Part shown: positions 38,679 to 51,974 of the stretch, in pieces | How positions within the stretch are numbered: the stretch's first letter is position 1 | Layout of the letters: each line of letters starts with the position of its first letter | NCBI RefSeq assembly: GCF_006345805.1 | Contig: NC_043003.1 | Span: 108,438,001 to 108,502,000 of the forward strand | DNA length: 64,000 bases | Direction of reading: 5' to 3' | Source: Octopus sinensis | Taxonomy: Eukaryota | Made by a program: the position numbers and the translations under genes | Notes under the pieces: model-generated | The model's database searches: none | What the model was told of the DNA's origin: nothing | The model's input: only the letters and a program-made list of their open reading frames with translations

Positions 38679-39169
38679 TAATCCTTCAACTATTGCAGGT
38701 GTTACGTTCCAAAACCCCCCATGATAGGTGAAAATCCGCGAAGTAGAAACAGTACCACATACTGTATATTTTTAATTTATTTCCATAATTTGTATATATT
38801 TATTTTGTTATAAATGCAAAACACCCCCCCTCACTCGCCTCCTCAGTTTCGTTTTCCATTCAGGATGTGTGATTCTTTGTTTCCTCATCTATGGTACATT
38901 ACATATTTTCTTTTAATATATTTTAATTAATGTATTATACAGTGCAGTTCTGAATTGTATTTTTATTCATTTATTTATTAATTTTTAGACATGAAAATGC
39001 TTATTTTACTGTAGAAATAATTTCAATCTAAAAATATATAAATAACTATTAGCCGCAGAAACACAAAATACTGAAGAGTCTGTGATATAAATTTACATAT
39101 ATTAGCCACAAAAATCCACAATGTACTGAGAGTGCGATAGGTGAACTGCGATATGGCAAGTGATTACTG
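38676..39169. mobile_element. pogo/Tigger-like non-autonomous DNA transposon
   Basis: TA|CAGTAATCCTTCAACTATTGCAG at the left end and CTGCGATATGGCAAGTGATTACTG|TA at the right: imperfect TIRs with TA target sites. Confidence 0.8.
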
Positions 39170-41127
39170 TATATGTGTGTGTGTGTATACCGGCACCATG
39201 TAAAAAGCAGAGTTCTGCCAGCACCACATATAAAGTGTTGGTGCCATGAAAAAGTACCCAAGCCACTGACATGTAAAAACCATCCAGCAGGACACTCTGT
39301 AAAGTCATTAGCATTAGGAAGGGCCCTGAGCTGCAGAAACCAGGCCAAAACAGATGAATTGAGCTGGGCAGCTCCTGTCAAACCATGCCAGAATGGAAAA
39401 TAGATATTAAATTATGATATATATATATATATATATATATATACCTATGAGTAAATATAGATATGTGTATTAACTTGTGAGCATATGTGTATGGATGGAT
39501 GAATAGATAGACAGACAGATATGACACCTTGGGAAAGTTTCTTCTACTATAGCCCAGGGTCAATCAATGCCCTGAGAAGATTTGGTAGACAGAAACTGAA
39601 AGATATCCATCACACGTGTGTGTGTGGCTCAGCTCACATACTCAGACCTCAAAGTCTAATGAGGGGATTGGATTGTACAGACTTACTCTCACTTAAAAGT
39701 TAACAAGTGCAAGTGGTACATAACCACTTGAGATGGTACCGCTCTTCCTTATGATCTTTGGATATGAAGAAACTGCCATTGTGTATGTACATGTGTGTGT
39801 GTGTTTGTGTACACTCGTATTTCTTTTCTCCCTCAGGTTCACGTGTGTTTTATTTACTGTTTGTAAACAACAGCTTCGCTGAGTTTCATTTATTTGCGGT
39901 TCAGGTTTCTAAGAATATCTCGACATGTTGCTTAAGCATCACCATCGTTGAAAATGACGGTTCATTCACATGGTGTCATTTGTTTCCAATCCTCCAGGCT
40001 GAGGGATTATTAACTCGTATGGAAGCTTGTGGGGACTGGTGGCTTGGTTGGAGGAAGAGAATCTGGCAGTAGAAAATTCAACCATAACATACTCTAATCT
40101 AACTCATGCAAACAGAAAAAGTAGACACTAAAACAATGATGATGAGGTGTATGTACATACGTACGCACAGGCATATATCCATGTTTATATATAAAATATG
40201 AGAAAGAAAACAGGATTCACATGATTCTTTATTATCCACTGTGATGGATTTGACCCATCGTGCATGGAGGCCTCATGGGTGAGATGCTATACAAACAGTT
40301 GTGGTGCATCAAAGGTGCAGCAGCTGTGTCTCATCAGTTGATTTCTCAAAAGGTACCTCAATTTTTAATCACTGTTTCACTTATTTCTATTAGAAAAGGT
40401 TTGGTAGTTGAAGTATGTTACTTGTCTATTTGAGGAACTGGCTGATGATAGAGAATTCATTTCAGATAAGCAATAAGGTGACTTACAATGAATCATCCTC
40501 ATCAACATCATTTAACATCCGTTTTCCATGCTAGCATGAGTTGGACGGTTTGACCGGGATCTGGGAAGCCAGGAGGCTGCACCAGGCACCAGTCTGATTT
40601 GGCAGTGTTTCTACATCTGGATGCCTTATCTAACACCAACCACTCCGTGAGTGTAGTGGGTGCTTTTTACATGCCACTGGCACAGGGGCCAGAGGAGGCT
40701 GGCAAACGGCCACGATCGGTTGGTGCTTTTTACGTGTCACCAACGCGAACAAAAATGAAAAATAAAATATAAAAGATAAATAAATGGATCAAATGATATG
40801 TTATTCATTGATAAGGAAATTCCATTTGATAAAATCATAAACCAACCATGCAATCAGGATAGAACAACAACAGACAGACATACGCATGTACGCTTGCTTG
40901 TCTTTTATCTTTCACTGGTTTCAGTCATTGGATTACAGCCATGCTCAGGCAACACCTTTAAGAATTTCGTCAAATTCACTCTACCTGTTATTTTAAAGTC
41001 TAGTATTTATTCAGTCAGAGTCTTGCTGAACTAGGTTACATCACATAACCAAACCAACACCAGTTGTCAAATAGTGGGCAAGACAAATCACAAAACACAG
41101 ACATAAACACATATTTATTTATATATA

Positions 41128-41174
<47 letters not shown>

Positions 41175-41407
41175 TGTATGTATGTATATGCATGATGGGC
41201 TTCAACACAGTTTCTGTCACCCAAATTCACTCATGAGGCATAGCTTGGCCAGGTTTACCATAGAAAGCACTCACCCAAGGTCCAATGCAGTAGAACTGAA
41301 CTCAAAACCATTTTAATCACACGTGCTTGTGTCTATAGAGCCACACACAAATATGGGTACATACATATAAGTGTGTCTGTATATATATATATATATATAC
41401 ATACATA

Positions 41408-41708
41408 GAGGCGCAATGGCCCAGTGGTTAGGGCAGCAGACTCGCGGTTGTAGGATCGCGGTTTCGATTCCCAGACCGGGCGTTGTGAGTGTTTATTGAG
41501 CGATAACACCTAAAGCCCCATGAGGCTCCGGCAGGGGGTGGTGGCGATCCCTGCTGTACTCTTTCGCCACAACTTTCTCTCGCTCTTTCTTCTGTTGGCC
41601 TGCTCGCTTAGCCAGTGGGGTGGCATCATTTGAAGGCTAAAACAATGCAAAGCGCATTGTGACCAGCGATGTGTAGCAACATCTGATAGCCTGGTCGGTC
41701 ACAGTGAT
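41408..41708 (+). mobile_element. tRNA-derived SINE, family A
   Basis: GAGGCGCAATGGCCCAGTGGTTAGGG...GTTTCGATTCCCAGACCGGGCG...; reverse-complement match to 12976-13267. Confidence 0.88.
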
Positions 41709-42779
41709 ATATATATATCATCATGATTGTTTAACGTCCATTTTCCATACTGGCATGGGTTGGTCAATTTAATGGGACCTCCTGGGCCCAAATACTGCAT
41801 CGTGCTTCAATGTCTGCTTTGGTTTCTATGACCATCCAAATCCCAACCACATTACAAAGTGTACTTTTTAGATACCACCATTACTAATCAAAAGACCATG
41901 TAGCAAGAGTAAGATCCTCCTGGACAGTTTGGGATTAAAATAAGAGAGAAGAGATGGTTTTTTATGCTGGGTGTTGAATGGTTAACGTACGAGAAAGAAG
42001 GAGCAGGAAGAGATCTGTTGTTGAAAACAAGAGACATGGTTTTATAAGATTGGGAGGATAACAAGATATCAGGTTCAGTCCTGGAAGTGCATAGGTGAAT
42101 AGAAAGGAGAGGGAGTAGAAGGTCAGAAAGCGGGGGATGGGTATAAGTTGCAAGAGGGTGTAGGAGAATGAGGGAAAGTCAGAAATGGGGATATTTTGTA
42201 TGGTGATCAATTGTGAATGATGAGAGTTGAAGGGAAGGTAAGGGAAAGTAGACTGTACAGACTGGGTAGACACGAGGAATGAGTGTAGGGAATTGTGAAC
42301 AAGAGTAGCGGGGGGCGGTGATCAATGAAAGATATGAGTTAGAAGGAAAGTAAGTGAATACTGGCAGTAAAGGAAGGAATGGAGAGTCGCAGAAAAGTAT
42401 GAATAATACAGAAGACAGAGGAAGTAGGAGAGAAAGAGAGATGACATGTGGGAGGATAAGTATTAGGAGTGTGTGAACAGAGAGGGAAACATAGTGATAG
42501 GGCAAGTCAAAAACAGGTGGTTCAAGAGAGAACTGACAGCACAAAAGGGCGATCAATATAAAATATGAAGGGAGAGGAACACATTAAGAATGAAGGATGG
42601 TTATCAAATGAAGTGGCTCCAGTCAGCAGGTTAGGTAACTGGTAGTACAAAAAGACAATGAAATATATAGTCCTGCTCTCATTTCTTTACTGAAGTTGTT
42701 AGGCAAGTGAGGGAAAGACCAGTGATAGAAAGAGGAGGGATTGGTTGGAGATGAATGATGAGCAAATTGGGTGAAGGGT

Positions 42780-44480
42780 TCAGTTGTGTCTATGCACATT
42801 ATGCTTCCAGAACTTGTTTGCCAAGATGGCTGGTCTTCTCAGACATCACATAACACTAATCATGTCTTTTGTCATTTCCGCCATGAAGTGCAGTCCTGGG
42901 ATCAGTCTTCCTGGGTCTCTCTCTCTCCCACAAGATGGTCCATCCACAGTAAGTGATCAGCACTTCTTTATTCAGCTGTCCACATCTGTAGGCACAATAA
43001 GTCCAGTGCAGTCATCTTTCTTGCACAATGTCTCATTTCTCTTACATCTAATTTTTCTCTTAATATCCACAAAGCATGCCAGCTTCACTTCTTTCTAGTC
43101 TTCACAAGTCTTCTGCATTCACAGCCAATGTTTCACTACTATGTAGCAATGTTGTTTATACAATATGCATTTCACTCTAAGAGAGGGAGACCTCTTCTTA
43201 TCAGCAGAGGCAACAACTCTCTGAACTTTCTCCAGCCAGTTCATATTCTGGCAACTGTACTTGCAGAACATCCCCTTCCACTGCTAATTAGGTCACTTGG
43301 TAACAGAAGCTATCAACTCTCTCTAGGGATCCTCCTAGGCATTCCAGTAAACACCTATTTCTCGTGTGTTCTTTGTATTTATTACTCCAGAGTATCTGCC
43401 ACAAACAAAGTTTACTTTATTTATGTTCCTGTGATTCCACTGCACTTTATACTAGGTACACTGTATGGAATTTCGGCCAACACCTCTTCTATATATCAAA
43501 CAGGGCCATTTTCCCAATAGGGTTAATGTGCTGTCTGTTTTCCTGCTTGCTACAACTTTGGTCTTTACTAAGTCAACTTCTGGGCTCTTTGATTCCAGGT
43601 TTTGCTTCTACACCTAGAATTAAAGAAATTCTACTACAGACTGAACCGTAAGAAGGTCATCAGCACAGAAGAGTTCCTTTAGGCACTTGATATAAAACTC
43701 CTTTGTTATGGATTAGAGAATTATGACAAATAGGAGAGGACTGAGAACTTATCGCTGGTGAACACCTACCTGCATATTAAATTTTTTGTTGCAATTGTTG
43801 TTAACTTTCACCTTACTGATAGCATCCCTGTACATGGCTTGAATGGCTTTCATCAGTCATTCATCTACTCATAAATTTTGCAGCAACCACCTGATCACAA
43901 AGCAAAACACTCTGCCAAAAGCTTTCTCCAGGTCAACAAACGCCAAGTACAGTGGTTTGCTCTTGGCTATATATTTCTCCTGCACTTGTCTTACTAGAAA
44001 GAAAGTGTCAGTAGTACTTCTTCCTGACACAAAAGCAAACTGCATTTCATCTAATTTCATCTAATTTCTTCCTAATTAGTTTACCTGTAACACTTTCTGT
44101 AATTGTCACGATCTGGTCCAGCAATCTGATATCTCAGTAATCACTTCACTGTGAGGCATCACCTTTGTAACCTTTGTAACAGTCAAACACAATGCTGCTA
44201 AAACAGTCTTTGGACAGGATACCTTCTTCTACAACCTGATTAGCAATATGGGTGACTAGGTAGTATCCCACTCAGCCAAAAATGTTCAGCATCCCAAGGA
44301 TAATTCTCGTTGAACCAGGGGCTTTCCTTGTCTTCATATTCTTCTTTGCTTTATCGTCTTGCAAACTAGAACACTTCATGCCTCCAACTGTAGAACAGTG
44401 ACAAACCCCTTCCTTTCTGGTTCTCCCCTTGCTCAACAGACTTGTTGCCTAGATTCCCTTCATAGAGCTGGTATAATTTT
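42780..44480 (-). mobile_element. Highly degenerate copy of the same RTE family
   Basis: LDEMQFAFVSGRSTTDTFFLVRQVQEKY...FVDLEKAF at 43869-44060; GKAPG-like segment near 44320; remnants of the C-terminal motifs at 43000-43300. Confidence 0.85.
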
Positions 44481-45146
44481 CAGCTACACCCATTTTATAA
44501 ATTCTTCTGAACCTGTCTTTTTGCTTTTAGGGTTCTGTCTACTTCACTGTTCCACCACCACATTAATCTTGGTCTGGCTCATCTTCTTTGTTGTGTTAAC
44601 AACAAACAAGATGAGCCAGACCAAATATCTGTCAAATGTAAATAATATACATAATTCCTCATCTCAGGCAGGTATTAATATCACCATTCAACTGAACCCA
44701 CTATTTCCCTAGATCCTCAAACATTCAAAGCCAAGTGAATAATTTTTTAAAAAAATACAATGCTTAAATTTACTCTTTCCTTCTTTCAGTTGGAGAACTG
44801 CAGCCATGACGGTGCACAGCCATTGGTATCACTACATCTTCATTAATCATCATTAATAGTTGGCACTTGGTGAATGACTGTCTTTGATGTTGATGTCCTT
44901 ATTTGCATTTCCTGCTGTTTGTCTACTATTCACAAGCATCTTAAAAGAAAATCTATGCTATTTACCACAACCAATTATGAATGAGAAAATGGGGAGGAGT
45001 AATAAACACTATTATTACTCCCTTATATTCATGTGTTTCACCACTCACTGCATTCTTCTCCTCTCTTCTCATTTGCACTTTCATGAACTCTACTCACCCA
45101 CTCTGTCCAATCCTCTGTACCACTCCTTTTACATTCCTTGTGCCTT

Positions 45147-45361
45147 AACCCTTTAAACTGGCGATATCTGGTCCATATATTCTACATGTTTTATGTTGAA
45201 ACTGGCCAGATGCGGCCACTCGCACCTACCCTACAATGCCATTCTAAAAATAAACAATATTTTCAAAATCTTGAAGCTCAAGACAATATATGACAATTTT
45301 TTTAAAATGTGGATAAATAAGCATTATATTTGATAAATTAATTTAAATGCTAAAGGATTAA
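45147..45361. mobile_element. TTAA-flanked piggyBac-like MITE family (further copies at about 35449-35612, 37500-37717 and 49261-49482)
   Basis: Ends resemble TTAACCCTT(T/C)AGCATT and AATGCTAAAGG(A/G)TTAA, with shared internal AAACTGGCCAGAT motifs. Confidence 0.65.
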
Positions 45362-46136
45362 GGGTACACCCTGGCACATTGCCACCATCTTCTCTCTCTC
45401 TCTGACTGGAGTAACCATATATCATCCCTACAGCAAGACACCTGTCTCTGTCCCTCTCATCACCTGGTGCAAAGTCTCCTTCCTCAACACTTCACCCATT
45501 CTGAGGAATCTTTGTTTTGCAAGTTGCTTAGTGATCTTGCTGATGTTGGTGTCACATAGAAAAGCACCCAAGAGTTTGGCATTGGGGAAGGACATCCAGC
45601 CTTAGAAATAATGCCAAAGCAGATGGTAGAACTTGGCACAGTATCCTAGTCTGCCAGCTCCTGTCAAACCCTCTGGCCCATGTCAGCATGGAAAACAAAT
45701 ATCAAACAATGATGATGATGATTTGAAGAAATAGAGCAACGAGTACAATTTAGCCTTGTTGATATTTGTACATCCCCAGAATGAATGGACATAGATCTAG
45801 TAATCATACTTTATTAGAAACCAAGAGAAAAACAGAGAGGAGTTTTTTTAACAAATTACTGAAAATCATACTTAAAATTTGAGTACAATGCTTGAAAATT
45901 TGTACTTCAAGCAGATATATGCTTAAAAGCAAACATTTTAAGAGAATATATTTATACATTCTGAAAGGAAAAACTATTGTCCACCAACAAAGAATGAATT
46001 AGAAAATGGGGATCAGTAACAAAACAAACCTTGTGTGATTACAAAAACACTCACACACACAGTGTGTGTGTGAGTGTGTGTTTATATAAATATATATTAG
46101 TTGAAAAGGGGTTAAGAATCTATACAAATCAAAAGC

Positions 46137-46435
46137 TATAGTTAAAAAGTAAAAGTGGAAACAGTAGGAAAGTAGGTTTAAAGATTTTTAAATAGTTGTT
46201 ACATTAAGTGACTCTTATAAAAAAAATTACTGGTTTTGATGTGTCTGTCCACCTTATCAAATATTAAAAATTCAAAGTCAAATATTAGGACATAAAATAA
46301 ATTTTTTTCTTATTTCCTAATTCTTACTTTGAATTTTAAATATTTGATAACATAAACATACACATCAAAACCAGTAATATTTTATAAAAGTCACACACAC
46401 CTTCATACTGTTTCCACTTTTACTTTTTAACTATA
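46137..46435. repeat. About 300-bp interrupted palindrome (MITE-like)
   Basis: TATAGTTAAAAAGTAAAAGTGGAAACAGTA (46137-46166) is inverted at 46406-46435; inner arms TTACTGGTTTTGATGTG and TTATCAAATATT are also inverted. Confidence 0.88.
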
Positions 46436-46466
46436 TGTATACACACACACACAATATATATATTTA

Positions 46467-47509
46467 CTAGCAGTATCGCCCGGCGTTGCTCGGGTTTGTA
46501 AGGGAAATAACTATATAAGCATTTTTAGAGAGTTATAGCCAAAAAATAGCAAAGAAATGCATTAAAAATTGAAAAAAAATTAAGGTAAATTTTTCTTTAA
46601 ATCGTTGACACATCGTAGATATTTTTAGAGAGTTACTTCCCTTATATAAAAGTGAAAAAAATGCATTAAAATGGAAAAATATGATCGTAATTTTTTTTAA
46701 AATCGTAGACTCATCGTAGACGCGCGCTAATACCCAGAAGGGCTCGTTTGTTATTCTGGGTAACTTTCTGTAAAATTATTAAAATTTTGTTCAAACATCG
46801 CTATAGAAAATGGGTTATTAGCTAATATTCAATTGGGTATACAACAAAATTTTACGATAGAATTTGTTATTCTGGGTAACTTTCTGATACCCATAATAAT
46901 ATTTATGGCAAAATAGGCCTTAATTTCATTTAAGGTTGTGGGAAATAACAAACTATCGTTTCTTTCGTTTTGTTTACGTTTAGCGTAACAGTTCGTTTCT
47001 GCCGTAATGATTTCAAATAGGCTCATTCGAAAAAGTAAATAGAAATAGTGTAAGGCTTTACTCTTCTGGGAAAGTCTGTGGCTTGGTGCAGTTTCTTCAG
47101 AAAAATCACCGAAAGAAACAGTTTTTAAATTTTCACTCCATTCAGGTGCTAATTCGTTTTCTTTATCGCTGTCGGATTCACTGTTTTCACTTTAATAGCT
47201 GCCAACTTGCAAAGACAAAGGAAGAGAAGGGTGATAGCGTCAGTGAAACAATTCGCTCCCTTTGTGTGTGTGTGCGTTTGCGTGTGGTGTAAACCAGACT
47301 AAGAAAAGCATTTGACACACACACCAGAATGTGAGTTTTCTGTAAATTTTGCTTAATTGGAGTTTAAATTTTAAAAACTGGACCTGGCATGACGCGATGC
47401 ATTGTACTCTTAAAACTGCTAGGTAAATTGTAATTGAAGAAATCCTATATTGTAGATTTGTATAACTCCCAAAGGAAGGCAGATAAAATCTGCCTTTTAT
47501 AATAAGAGA
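46467..47509 (-). mobile_element. Non-autonomous Helitron
   Basis: On the minus strand: host A, then 5'-TCTCTTATTATAAAAGG, and at the far end the subterminal hairpin CCCGAGCAACGCCGGG followed by CTAG-3' and host T. These are the canonical TC/CTAG ends at an AT target. Confidence 0.85.
46863..47070 (-). pseudogene. piggyBac-type (PGBD-like) transposase fragment inside the Helitron
   Basis: KALHYFYLLF / SLFEIITAETNCYAK...PTTLNEIKAYFAINIIMGIRKLPRITN resembles the N-terminal part of piggyBac DDE transposases. Confidence 0.75.
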
Positions 47510-49599
47510 TATTTGTATACAAACATATATATCGTCATCATCACCATCATCATTTATACATCTGGTTTCCATCGTTGCATGGGCAAAACATTTTGACTGG
47601 ATTAAAAATGTTGCAAGACTTGTCTTACTCCAGTGTCTCATACGGTTTCTATGAGTCGATGCACTTCCTGATGTCACCTTGTAACACTCAAGACTAAAAA
47701 GCCCTTTGACCAAGAGAGAATAGGAGATAGGGTGGCCACTTGGTGCAAGATGCTGAGAGATTAATACACGATGGGAGGGATTGGAAATGATTTAATGCCA
47801 ATGGAAGAAATTCCTGGTTAAGGTGGCTGGAGAAATAAATATGGTGGTGACGAGATCTCAGAATGTAGCCTGAAGGTAACATCCCCAGGAAGATAAAAAT
47901 ATGAGAATGGAGACAGAAGAATCAGGAAGGGTGGTTAAGGATGCCGACATGTGAAAGGAGATGTGAGAAAAATGATAGAAAGAAAGGTGGAGTGGTCAAT
48001 GGTAAATATGGATAGTGAGTGATGATGGGAGGAATGACGAATAGATATCAACAGGATGTGGCCCAGGGAAGAGACCCACTAATCTGGGCCAGGGAAGTGG
48101 GAGGAAGCAGTAGTTGTAGATTGGACAGAGGCATTCAGTGATGGATCATACACAAGCACCACTGTACAAAGTCGTGGCTTGGTGGTAAGAAGCTTGCTTC
48201 TTGACCACATGGCTCTGGGTTCAGTCCCACTGTGTGGCACCTTGGGCAAGTGTCTTCCATAATCAGAAACTGAAAGAAGCTCGTCGCATATGTGTGTGTG
48301 TGTATCCTTGTGTCTGTGTTTGCCCCCACCATCATCGCTTGGCAACTGGTGTTAGTGTGTTTACATCACTGTAACTTGGTGGTTTGGCAAAAGTGACCAG
48401 TAGAATAAGTTTTAGGCTAAAAAATAAGTCCTGGGGTCAATTTGTTCAACTAAAACCCTTCAAAGTGATGCTCCAGCATGGCTGCAGTCAAATGACTGAA
48501 ACAAGTAAAAAAAAATATATATATATATAGTAATACAAATGTATGTGGCTCAGGGTGTGGCATGGAAAATATGGAAAAAAAACACACAATGGACACAAGT
48601 CCATACTCAATCCTTCATCAGTTATCAACGAAATGAAGGATAGCAAGTGGGGAGACAACGTAAATTTGGAATGCTGTGGTTATATATTTCAAAGTAAGGT
48701 TTGGAAATTTAGCACACATTGACATACATGATGGAAAGTACAAAATAATATATTCTTTTAAATTTATGTATCACAGTTCCAGACACTCAAGACCCAGTGA
48801 AGGCCTGTGGTCTGGTGGTCAGGGTGTTGCATTCATGATCATAAGATCATGGGTTTGATTCCTGAACAGGGCAAGCATGTTGTGCCCTTCAGCTAGGCAC
48901 TTCATTCCACATGACTTCAATCAGTTCAGATGAAACTGATTGCCAAATAACAGCTAATGTATTTCTCTCACACTCTGCTGTCACATCCTTGATGCTCCAC
49001 AATGTTTAAGATGAAAGGGTTGAAAGAGTGTGTGTCTGCTCATAACTAGACAGGCACCTGAATCAATTAGTAAAAGCATGTTACAAGCTGCTAGATCACA
49101 CTCGTCTGTGAGATATGGTCATTATCTAAAATATTAATGTTTTATGCTCTGCAAATTGGACTGTTGATTTTTATATAAAGCCTGAATAATATTTCAAATG
49201 CTAAACAATGAAAAAAATAAATTATTTTCTATCTTTCACGACATATGAAACTGTCAACTTTTAACCCTTCAGCATTTAAACAAACCATATCTGGCCAAAA
49301 TAATTTACCTGCTTTATCTTCAAACTGGCCAGATCTGGTCTCTCACACTTACCCATCAATATTATTCTAATCATAAACAATCATTAAAGTCTCAAAGATA
49401 CATGGTAATGCAAGATTAATTCATATCAATATGAATAAATAAGCATTACATTTGACAGAGTAATCTGAATGCTAAACGGTTATATATACATATCCAATGA
49501 AGGTCTGGTGAATATCTCACCAGCTAATTAGAAGTTAAGAAATAATATATGTCACTATAGTTGGTCTTGACACCTTTTCTCTTTTCACTATAGCATCTT

Positions 49600-49975
49600 T
49601 CCAAACCTATGGAACCTTTGGGCCACTCCATACTTGAACAATGAGGGTGGTAACAAGATTAGCCATAACATATACATCCAACATGCTTCATAACGTCAGC
49701 TACCAGCCCAGGCTCCGCTGCTCATCAGGCTGAGAAAAGCAAACCATCAAGGTATTGGTCACTCTCTGACAGATTTATGGTTGAGCCTGTGGCAGTGGAA
49801 ACCTACAGCATTCTCGCACCATCTCCCTCAGAACATATCCCTGCTCACCATTATCAGGGTGGTGATGGCTGACCACAAGTTCAGGCCCCATGAGTCAGAG
49901 TGACAGTTCCAGTACATCTCCTTCACCATCCTCCAGAGCAACACCTTTTCCATTTCGTCTGCTGGGACCAAGGGG
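49600..49975 (+). mobile_element. Remnant of a CRE-like non-LTR element (C-terminal restriction-like endonuclease region)
   Basis: Reads PGSAAHQAEKSKPSRYWSLSDRFMVEPVAVETY, then FQYISFTILQSNTFSI, resembling the AAxxAExxKxxKY...PVAVET...QRISxAxQRGNA motif of REL-type elements. Confidence 0.6.
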
Positions 49976-51974
49976 CAGTCTGAATTACATTAAATTGTAT
50001 GTTCCATGCATTAACTCAGAATGTTTAATGCCATCTGCTCAAAACAAGCTGAAGGACTGCAAAACGCAATTTCTACAAATGCCCTCAGTTTCGGGAGCTT
50101 CTTCAGGACTGATCTATTTTATGTCCATTTTGATTTCATTGAGTAAGGCATGGGTTAACTCCAGTATCAAATATCACAATTTTTAGACTGGTCGAGCAAC
50201 TGACACTTAGTTGATGGTAGTGGAATTAGCTCAAGTAATGAGGGGAATGGATGTATATGTAACGAAGAACGAAACTAGCTGCCTCATTTGATTTAATTCC
50301 GTTTTTCGTGATTCTGAAATAAAAGCTAAAATATGGTCTTCCTTGTCTGGGAAAATTAATGAGGTACCAGTAATATACTTGTGTAAATGTAATTATCTAT
50401 ACCTGATTCGCTCTTAGAATAATTCATTTTGGTTAATTAAAACAAATCATAATCAATTCACAATACGATATAAAATGCGTTGCTATTAGGTCTGAGAGAA
50501 ATAGATAACTTGTATCGCCTATGTGACTCAGTGTGATGTGAGATGCCGCAGTAATCCTAACAATATCTACAGTAATTGATCTCTAACATAACCACAGACA
50601 AAATATGGTTCGAGTATAATAGTCGATTATATCGACTTGAGTGGTCTCCGTTTTAAAGACGCCGGAAGCGAGGGGGAAATAAGGTTGGTCGGCATGAGCG
50701 GGATTTGAACCCAAGAACGTAAAGTAAGTTATCTGTAGTAATTACAGTAGCAAATAAAACGAATTGCTAGAACTAATTTGTTATTATTATTTTTTTTTTT
50801 GTCTTTTTCTTTCCTCCAAAGTAGAATAAAAAGAAATGTAATACCCAGTTTCGCAGTTTTCGTTATCGCAACCATAATCATGAAAATATGTTCTAGTGGG
50901 AATTCTTTCTCTTTGCTTACACAACTTCTTAACTCGTATTTGTGCTTGTGTGTATGAAAGAGAGATAGGCGGAGAGAGAACTATATTAGTGTTGTTTTCT
51001 TCATGTGGATATGTTTTTCCAACACACGAATATTATTGAGCGAGGAAGTGAAGAAAAGCAAGAGAAATAATTCATGCTGGAAAGAGAATCATAGGAAGGC
51101 AAGCGTCGATGTAAGATCGGGAAATATATAATTGGGATAACAAAAAAAATATCTATACTAATTTCCTGCAGATAAGATTCCTTGCAAGACATTAAATTAC
51201 ACAAAACTAAAGAATTCCGATGTTCTTCGAAAGAAGATAATACAGAAATAAATAACAGAGAAACTATGAGATCGCAAGAGAAATTATCGTTGAAAAAACA
51301 AACCATAACGAATACTGTACATTAAAAAAAAAACTTGAGCTCTATTTATTATAATTAAAACCTGGGATTGCTTGAAATTTAATTACTGAATTAATTGGCA
51401 AAATTTAATTCAGACTACAGCAAACCTAGCGGACAATATTTGCATGAAGAGCAGATAAGTCAAACTGTCATAGTTAGGGTGTGGCCGAGTTGTCAGGGAT
51501 ACTTAACTCACGATAGTAATGAGGAGGTTCCATTCCTATACAATGTGCCAGCCGCCTGGCACATTGTATCACCGAGTAAAGCACTTTGCCATGCTACTAC
51601 TACAGTCTACTAAGCTGAAATGAGTACAAGGAACTGATGCATCTCTCTCCATTTAGTAAACAAAAGCATGGTATATATAAGGTGGCTGGCTCTAATATAT
51701 ATAAAGACATCAGTTAGGTGCTGGAAGCAAATATTTGTATCACAGAGACATCGGTATACCTCGTTAGACCATATAAGTTTATTCTTGAAAGTGCAGACGA
51801 AGACAAGGGTGTTTTTTTTTTCTCCCTTAGTAAAAGACCAGCTGTAGCCCATGCAAGTTACTCTCTCCGTGCCAACGAAAAGGCATGGAGATTTTGGCAT
51901 TAGTTGGCATTCCTGTCTCGTCGCAGAAACTTTCTCGTCCGATCTTATTTGAATTTTGCCTACGCTTCACCTTT

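Noticed and set aside
41408-41480. tRNA genes suggested by A/B boxes here and at 13200-13267 and 29594-29755
   Set aside because: No complete cloverleaf; the boxes continue into dispersed repeat bodies, so these are SINE heads.
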